From positions 31,129 to 95,128 of IMG/VR virus record IMGVR_UViG_3300025392_000232: a DNA stretch of 64,000 nucleotides; one strand, written 5' to 3'. Below the pieces are notes generated by a model. The model saw only the letters and a program-made list of their open reading frames with translations, had not been told where the DNA came from and did no database searches. This stretch comes from a virus (lineage: Duplodnaviria > Caudoviricetes). A program made the translations under genes and the position numbers. Positions 58,089 through 64,000 of this stretch are shown one piece after another; the stretch's first letter is position 1, and every line of letters begins with the position of its first letter.

Positions 58089-58963
58089 TAAGATTCCATC
58101 CGTTTCAACATTTCAAAGAATGGCTCGCGATGTACTCCCCACCAGTCTTTTTCAAATTGATTAAAAATTTGTAAATTTTTATGCTGATAGATTGGACTTT
58201 TTTCTATATTCTCGTATCCAGTGAATTTGGGTCGTTCGGCCATATTGAACGGAGCAAGGCTGTTTAATATTTTCCACTTGGTACTATTACTGCCCAGTTT
58301 ACCTGGAATTTTGTTATTTGCTAGGTCAGCCATTAGCGGACTTTGCATATAGGACAGATATTGTTCAGCAGTATATGTTAAGAAGAACGGGCATCCATAT
58401 AAGTTATTTTTTCTAAAATAATCTAAGCAAGGCCAAATAGGCTCGTATTCGTCAACGTACCATATGCCTGTAGCTTCATCCTTAGCTATGTGCGGTACAC
58501 TATGACTACCCATAATAATAGTGCCGTCCACTTTGCCCAATGCATACAGTGTTGATGGAATCTGGTAAGTGGCTAGTTTATATTCTTGACCAATGTCAGA
58601 TATTAGACCTGACTTAACAAAATCATCAAAGTCAATATCTATAATAATAGGTGAAAGATTTTTACTTTTGCAAAAGTCAAACGCATATTTTACATCGTGA
58701 TCGTTGTAGCCAGGGTTTAATTTAATAATAACAGGCACAACATCTATGCCCATTGATAAAAATACATTTAATACAAACTCGCTATCTACACCGCCGCTAT
58801 ACATTAAGTGTAATTTGCCACGCTTGTTGTTGTAAACATACTCGGCAACTTTCAAACACTCTTGCAAGTAGTTGGGCTTTTTATTTGTAGGTGCATCGAT
58901 AGCTACATGGAAAGTATCTCCACTTCCGCTTGGGCGCATATAGTTGTCTTTAAGTAATTCCAT
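58088..58963 (-). CDS. PP-loop enzyme
   Basis: MYSGGVDSE; C-terminal RPKFTGYE. Confidence 0.7.
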   Translation of the reverse strand: MELLKDNYMRPSGSGDTFHVAIDAPTNKKPNYLQECLKVAEYVYNNKRGKLHLMYSGGVDSEFVLNVFLSMGIDVVPVIIKLNPGYNDHDVKYAFDFCKSKNLSPIIIDIDFDDFVKSGLISDIGQEYKLATYQIPSTLYALGKVDGTIIMGSHSVPHIAKDEATGIWYVDEYEPIWPCLDYFRKNNLYGCPFFLTYTAEQYLSYMQSPLMADLANNKIPGKLGSNSTKWKILNSLAPFNMAERPKFTGYENIEKSPIYQHKNLQIFNQFEKDWWGVHREPFFEMLKRMES

Positions 58964-58964
58964 G

Positions 58965-60245
58965 TTACCAATCTATAGTGTATGCTGACATCTTTTCAGC
59001 AATAAAGTCTTTAACCTTTTGGTCAGTCATGTACAACACGTTGTACTCGTGGTCCAACCCAAATCTGAAGTTAGGTTGTTTGGCTATTTCAATATTTGAT
59101 AGATCTTGAAATAGCATAACAGATGCACCTAGCGATCCTATCTTTAGTTTAAAGTAATAGTACCAATCGTTTTTATCTAGATTGTAGATATATTTGCGTG
59201 AAGCCATTTTATAAGTAGATGCACCTATAGTTTGTATCTTCTCGCCATTGTTATTGTTAGTCATACTCCAGTGTTGATAGTCCGAGGAGTTGAACCAATT
59301 AATAGCCCAGTCATTAACTACTGTCTTTACATCGATCCTATCATTAAGATAAATGGCACAACGCATAGCGCAGTTAACATATTTTAGATTAAAAATTTGC
59401 CACCAGAAGAAATCGTGTAATGTGTATACAGGAGTTAGACTAGTTTCAATGTTCTTAACAATTTTTTGATACCATAGTTCTGCAAAGTTAGGATTGGTAT
59501 CTATATGGAAGTTGTGTATGCCACCACGCTTAACTTGATTTATCTCAAAGTGCTTTAGTATAATGTCTTTGAACTTAGAGTAGTGTGCTGTATTAAAGTC
59601 TTTCTTTAAGTTTTGTAAATTTACTCTTGAACTTTCTGACATCATACTACAGTAGTGATCGTAGTGTTGATACAAGTCTAATGCAAATAACATGCCAAAC
59701 AAACAATCGCCTTCGTCTGCTGTAATAGGGCGATAGCCTGCTTCGATTAAATCATCGTACTTGCTAACAGTAGAGTTAATAATTTTAAACTTGCCCCAAA
59801 TAAACTTACTCCAAAATGTAGGATTCTCTACAATGCTTTGCGAGTTAGCACAGACTACTACATTCTTTAGTTCTTCTACAGTTAGATTCTTAATCAATGC
59901 GCTAAGAGCTAATGTACTGTCAATGCCTCCACTATACATAATAGCAAACTTTTGATTCTTCTCGTTGATTAATTGTTTAATTTCTCTAGCACGATTGTCA
60001 GTTACTTCGGCAAAGGACTTTGAAAATGTAGCATCATATGTTGGCAACTTATACACGTCGGGAATCTCTTGCGCCCACGGTAAACTCCATTCGCCATCGC
60101 GAGCAACAAATCTGTTAGGATTATACTTACGAGCTAGATCGACCATAAACTGTCCGCCCGTGCTAGACTGTGCTCTGATATCAGTCCAGAAGTCTCGTTG
60201 TTGAGGGTTCAATACAACGTTACTAAACAACAGTGGTTCGTTCAT
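58965..60245 (-). CDS. PP-loop (asparagine synthetase-like) enzyme, paralog of 51324-52418
   Basis: MYSGGIDSTLALS, SIVENPTF, ADEGDCLFG, DFFWW. Confidence 0.75.
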   Translation of the reverse strand: MNEPLLFSNVVLNPQQRDFWTDIRAQSSTGGQFMVDLARKYNPNRFVARDGEWSLPWAQEIPDVYKLPTYDATFSKSFAEVTDNRAREIKQLINEKNQKFAIMYSGGIDSTLALSALIKNLTVEELKNVVVCANSQSIVENPTFWSKFIWGKFKIINSTVSKYDDLIEAGYRPITADEGDCLFGMLFALDLYQHYDHYCSMMSESSRVNLQNLKKDFNTAHYSKFKDIILKHFEINQVKRGGIHNFHIDTNPNFAELWYQKIVKNIETSLTPVYTLHDFFWWQIFNLKYVNCAMRCAIYLNDRIDVKTVVNDWAINWFNSSDYQHWSMTNNNNGEKIQTIGASTYKMASRKYIYNLDKNDWYYYFKLKIGSLGASVMLFQDLSNIEIAKQPNFRFGLDHEYNVLYMTDQKVKDFIAEKMSAYTIDW

Positions 60246-60246
60246 A

Positions 60247-60981
60247 TTAACACGCCCAGAATGTATAGTTGTCTTTGACCGTTGAGGTTAGGGCGGGTTG
60301 TGCAATTCCTGCGGCAGAATAAAACAAATCTCTAAAGTTAGCATTGTCGTTTAATGAATACACTGCCCATGCATGATGGATTTGTTCAGTTGCTTCGGTT
60401 AATGTATTTGCGTGATACAGAATATTTTTAATCTCATTCATCATGCCCTTGGGTGCAGTAGTTGTGTCGTACTGTATTCTAAACTCAGTAGGACTTGTAT
60501 CAGCAAAAAAAGCATCTAAGTACTTTGCATCCGGCCACAAGTTTCTATAGGACTCGGCGATTGTAATTGCATGAACACATTGTAATACAAATAGGGAATA
60601 TTCTTGTAAGTTTTTGAGCGCCTGTTTTCTATCTTCTTGTTCGTATTCTGTACTCCATCCCTTTTCGATAATTTCGTTAGATTTTAAAAATGACATCGAT
60701 GCACTTTGTTTAATACTAGTCAATGAACTAGCACCGTACAACATTTCATTTCGTTTATGCTGTGTTCCGAAACACAAACAATTATCGTTAGTCAATTGAT
60801 CCGCTTTTAAAATGTAAGTTACGGTTAGCACTTTAGATGATAGCAATTTTCCAGCTTCAAGTAACAACCACGGATCTAAATTGTCTACTAGAAGAAATCG
60901 ATCAAACACCGGCGAAAACAACGCATATCTGTTTGGAGCATTTTTATTTGCAGGATAGTATTCGGCCCAAGGTCTGTTCAT
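60247..60981 (-). CDS. Hypothetical protein, first gene of a late operon
   Basis: TAAATA at 60987-60992, 5 nt before the ATG. Confidence 0.75.
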   Translation of the reverse strand: MNRPWAEYYPANKNAPNRYALFSPVFDRFLLVDNLDPWLLLEAGKLLSSKVLTVTYILKADQLTNDNCLCFGTQHKRNEMLYGASSLTSIKQSASMSFLKSNEIIEKGWSTEYEQEDRKQALKNLQEYSLFVLQCVHAITIAESYRNLWPDAKYLDAFFADTSPTEFRIQYDTTTAPKGMMNEIKNILYHANTLTEATEQIHHAWAVYSLNDNANFRDLFYSAAGIAQPALTSTVKDNYTFWAC

Positions 60982-61011
60982 GCTAATATTTAACTATAAA
61001 GAAAACGAGCC

Positions 61012-61040
61012 AAAAAAAAAGGACCCAAAGGTCCTTTTTT
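61012..61040 (-). terminator. Intrinsic terminator
   Basis: A9-GGACC-caaa-GGTCC-T6. Confidence 0.85.
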
Positions 61041-61053
61041 AATCAATCAATTA

Positions 61054-61998
61054 TTATTTTGATTGGATTTTTGATACTAAGCCTGGAGTAAAGTAATTTT
61101 CAAACTTTTGATAAACTACTTTAGTTGCTTCTGCAAATCGAGCTTTTTCTTCTGCACTCATACGAACAACTTCGATTCCATCTGCTTCTGCACGAACTTG
61201 TGTCTTAACAATATCATCGATACTGATTGAACGCTCATAACGTGCGGCTACCTTAGCTGACTCACTGACAATTTCTTGTAGCTCTGGGCTCAATGTATTC
61301 CAGAAGTCAGTACCAACTAGAATACTTGTTAAGAACAAGCTGTGTTCTGTATGGTTGATAACTTTAGAAACTTTATCATGTCCAAGTGCATATACACGTG
61401 GGTATGTGCTTTCGCCAACTGCAACATTAGCTGAAGCCAAGTTGTCTGATAATTCTTCTAGTTCCAATGGAACTACATCAGCACCTAGTGTCTTGAATGT
61501 TTCGATAGCAACTGGGCTATGACTTGTACGTAGTTTAACACCGCGTAGGTCTTCAATCTTAGCAACTGTTTCGTTACCAGGAATAATACGGAACCCACCT
61601 GAGTATGTGAAAGCTAAACCTTTAACTTTCTTTGACTCTTGCAAACTGTCTAACAAGCTAGCACCAACTTCGCCTTCAAATACACGAGTTGCGTGATCGT
61701 GATCTTTGAATAGGAATGGTAGATCCAACGCAAAGAAATCTTTGTTGATCTTACCTAATGTGATTGTATAAGTCTGGCTCATTTCGATTGCACCAGAATC
61801 TAGCAAATCTACTAAGCTGTGCTTGTCAACTACAACACCGTTGTTATACTTTTCAGCATATTCGCTCATAGTCATAACTTCGATTTCTAATGCTTCAGGA
61901 GCTCTTGTGTTTACTTCTTCGGCAAATACTTTAGCGGCACGAATGAACAACTCGATTGGTTCGTGTGCTAATACCCATTTTACATGTTTTTTATTCAT
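61054..61998 (-). CDS. TRAP transporter solute-binding protein (DctP family) lacking a signal peptide
   Basis: ALDLPFLFKD, GFRII, EDLRGVKLR, FKTLGA, WNTLSPELQ; GGAG SD before MNKKH. Confidence 0.85.
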   Translation of the reverse strand: MNKKHVKWVLAHEPIELFIRAAKVFAEEVNTRAPEALEIEVMTMSEYAEKYNNGVVVDKHSLVDLLDSGAIEMSQTYTITLGKINKDFFALDLPFLFKDHDHATRVFEGEVGASLLDSLQESKKVKGLAFTYSGGFRIIPGNETVAKIEDLRGVKLRTSHSPVAIETFKTLGADVVPLELEELSDNLASANVAVGESTYPRVYALGHDKVSKVINHTEHSLFLTSILVGTDFWNTLSPELQEIVSESAKVAARYERSISIDDIVKTQVRAEADGIEVVRMSAEEKARFAEATKVVYQKFENYFTPGLVSKIQSK

Positions 61999-62053
61999 TT
62001 TGGAATCTCCAATATTTAACGTTAAATTTCGGCAGGTCATGACTCCTGTCCGT

Positions 62054-62308
62054 TTATTTAGTCGTTTCTTCTGAGTTATCTGCTAGTTTTTTACCCCAAT
62101 CACTACGATTCCATGCTCGTTCGTGAAAGAAATACAGTGTACTATTAACTACAGTTGTGAAACTAGCAAGTCCTAACCCAAATGCTACACTACCTGTAGT
62201 AAAATAACCAATAGCAAAATACTGACCCATGATAATAATACGCCAAGAAACAACCTTAGCTAGCGATCTTGGAATACGTTCTTGAAATTTAGCTTTTAAA
62301 TCAAACAT
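62054..62308 (-). CDS. DUF2061-like small membrane protein
   Basis: RSLAKVVSWR...LYFFHERAWN..WG. Confidence 0.8.
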   Translation of the reverse strand: MFDLKAKFQERIPRSLAKVVSWRIIIMGQYFAIGYFTTGSVAFGLGLASFTTVVNSTLYFFHERAWNRSDWGKKLADNSEETTK

Positions 62309-62311
62309 AGT

Positions 62312-63226
62312 TTACCTTATATATTTTTCGTAGTCTTTAAATGCCGCATCGATATCGGCAGGCAATGTGTTGTATTGGATATTTATAGAGCCTGCGCCTT
62401 GCTCTAAGAATTTCAGGAATTCGAAGTAGGGAATTCCAATTAGTTTTTGTAAGAACTTAGGGTTAGTACACAAGTAGTCTACATTCTCTGAACCCGCAAA
62501 TTTTGGAAAGTAAGATAGACTGGTGCCCCAGTACTTGGCAAACATAATAGGTTTGATATAATAATCCCAGCGGTCGACTGTCTTTAACCACTTCTTGCCA
62601 TCTACTTTAAGACCATTCTTATCAAAGTAAACATGCGACACAATACTTGCTTTATAAATGTCGTCACCTATCATACTATAGAGATATTCGCTTGTAGCGG
62701 TAAAACTTATTTCTCCGCCGGGCCTGTTAAGACTTTTCCATGCTCGAAGTCTAGCATTAGTTGGAGTATAGTATCCGTCTATAAAATAAGGCTCTTTACC
62801 TTCTCGGCAGTATATAAAATGATCATGTAAATGTTGTACAAACAATTTGTCTGCTGGTAACATACTTAGAAATTTTGTGTGTAAGGCCGCTACACAATGT
62901 ACATCTAAGGTTTCAGCAAGTTGTTCAATTTCTGCTCTTGACGCGATAGGATCTATTTCAACAACTTGGAACTTTTTATTGTATATTTCTTCTAAGAGCT
63001 TTAACTGTTCAAATTCGTTATCGTTATATCCAGGTAAGTGCATAAATGCACCCTCTACATCCAAGCCTTGATTTAAAAATGCCATCAGCATAGTTTGACT
63101 ATCTAAACCAGAACTCATTCCTAGCAAGATTTTGCCCGGATTCATATTGTATATTTCTTTAGCCCTACGCATTGTCTCATCATAAATGGACAACACAGGA
63201 CGAGAGCAGGTAGTGTATGTAAACAT
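62312..63226 (-). CDS. PP-loop enzyme, related to 58088-58963
   Basis: MSSGLDSQ; PKFAGSE. Confidence 0.65.
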   Translation of the reverse strand: MFTYTTCSRPVLSIYDETMRRAKEIYNMNPGKILLGMSSGLDSQTMLMAFLNQGLDVEGAFMHLPGYNDNEFEQLKLLEEIYNKKFQVVEIDPIASRAEIEQLAETLDVHCVAALHTKFLSMLPADKLFVQHLHDHFIYCREGKEPYFIDGYYTPTNARLRAWKSLNRPGGEISFTATSEYLYSMIGDDIYKASIVSHVYFDKNGLKVDGKKWLKTVDRWDYYIKPIMFAKYWGTSLSYFPKFAGSENVDYLCTNPKFLQKLIGIPYFEFLKFLEQGAGSINIQYNTLPADIDAAFKDYEKYIR

Positions 63227-63255
63227 GAACTATTTAACACTAAAAAAATACTACC

Positions 63256-63283
63256 AAAAAAAAAGGACCCGAAGGTCCTTTTT
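63256..63283 (-). terminator. Intrinsic terminator, near-identical to 61012-61040
   Basis: A9-GGACC-cgaa-GGTCC-T5. Confidence 0.85.
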
Positions 63284-63887
63284 ACATTGTAGGTCCGTTG
63301 CCGTTCCTAAATCCTACACTACCACCTTCTGCTTCGATGTTCTTGATGACATCTTCAAACAGTATGGGTGCAAAGTCCGGTGTTTGTTCTACGCAAACGC
63401 AATGATAACGAACATCGTTTTCATCGCTGTATAAAATTTCACCAGTTCTAGCATCGACACCACGAGCCTTTTTAACACGGTTTGCGTGTAAGTGTCCGTG
63501 AATGTTAACACCAAAACGACCCATTGAATCTGAGTGTAACGGAATATGGCTAAGGATCATACCGTTCATAACGTGATAAGCTCTAAGCTCTCTAAAGTAC
63601 ATACGATACTCGTCGTCTCTAAAGATGTCGTGGTTACCACGAATTAAAACCTTGTCGCCGTTTAATCTCGACATGATACTTAACGCTTTACGATTAATGA
63701 CAACATCGCCCAGATGATAGACCTTGTCAGTGGGCTTTACCCGTTCGTTCCACGCCTTAACCATTGCTTCGTCCATTTCCTCAGGTGAGTCCCAAGGACG
63801 AAGTTTTGTAACACCATCGTTACGTGTAAAGCGACACACGCCAGTATGTCCAAAATGCGTGTCGCTCACTAAGAATACACTTGGCAT
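63282..63887 (-). CDS. Calcineurin-like metallophosphoesterase
   Basis: SDTHFGH, HLGD, GNHD, SHIP, HGHLH. Confidence 0.92.
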   Translation of the reverse strand: MPSVFLVSDTHFGHTGVCRFTRNDGVTKLRPWDSPEEMDEAMVKAWNERVKPTDKVYHLGDVVINRKALSIMSRLNGDKVLIRGNHDIFRDDEYRMYFRELRAYHVMNGMILSHIPLHSDSMGRFGVNIHGHLHANRVKKARGVDARTGEILYSDENDVRYHCVCVEQTPDFAPILFEDVIKNIEAEGGSVGFRNGNGPTM

Positions 63888-63916
63888 ATTCGCCTCCTTT
63901 CATTGTTTAAGTTATA

Positions 63917-63945
63917 ATTATACTACCAAAAACTCAATTAGTCAA
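63917..63945 (-). promoter_or_regulatory. Sigma70 promoter
   Basis: TTGACT-17-TATAAT. Confidence 0.8.
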
Positions 63946-64000
63946 CACTTCTAAAAGTGCGCCAATCGTCGATGTTGGGCTTTTCGTCCGGGTCATAGGT

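Noticed and set aside
51324-63226. PP-loop genes as QueC completing a 7-deazaguanine pathway with queD
   Set aside because: No C-terminal Cys zinc cluster or YGQ motif of QueC; folE, queE and dpdA are not in this window
1-64000. Stop-codon reassignment as in some large phages
   Set aside because: Conserved genes are intact under code 11, and TAG/TGA end genes at expected positions (for example infA ends in TAG)
1-64000. CRISPR array, IS element, intron or intein
   Set aside because: No regularly spaced repeats, transposase, homing endonuclease or intein termini recognised by eye
63938-64000. 3' end of a minus-strand ORF (...TYDPDEKPNIDDWRTFRSVD*)
   Set aside because: Only 20 codons are visible; cannot be assigned

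Overview
This window is a gene-dense, AT-rich segment of a large tailed dsDNA phage genome (T4-like or jumbo myovirus type; probably a proteobacterial host, judging from host-like infA, clpP, erpA/iscA, groES and an entericidin-type lipoprotein). Most genes are on the minus strand and use the standard genetic code. Layout: (1) phoH, APS kinase/sulfotransferase, clamp loader, GroES and a DnaE fragment (0-5 kb). (2) A baseplate/tail-fibre block (5-26 kb), including a 1464-aa virion-type protein with an inserted animal-type heme peroxidase domain and a 4570-aa fibre protein with phycobiliprotein-like C-x-R-D repeats. (3) Stress and cofactor genes: iscA, sod, uvsE, queD. (4) A sugar/radical-SAM/halogenase island, DNA ligase, clpP and early operons driven by near-perfect sigma70 promoters. 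(5) A late-promoter island (50.6-63.2 kb) with five SGGxDS PP-loop enzymes, a PurD-like ATP-grasp ligase, a desaturase, a 2OG-Fe(II) oxygenase and a TRAP solute-binding protein lacking a signal peptide. A non-canonical tRNA-like RNA lies within the span of this island. Non-coding signals include TAAATA late promoters (several apparently leaderless), start-codon-sequestering hairpins, and riboswitch-like leaders before queD and phoH. All functional calls come from motif recognition by eye; no database search was run.
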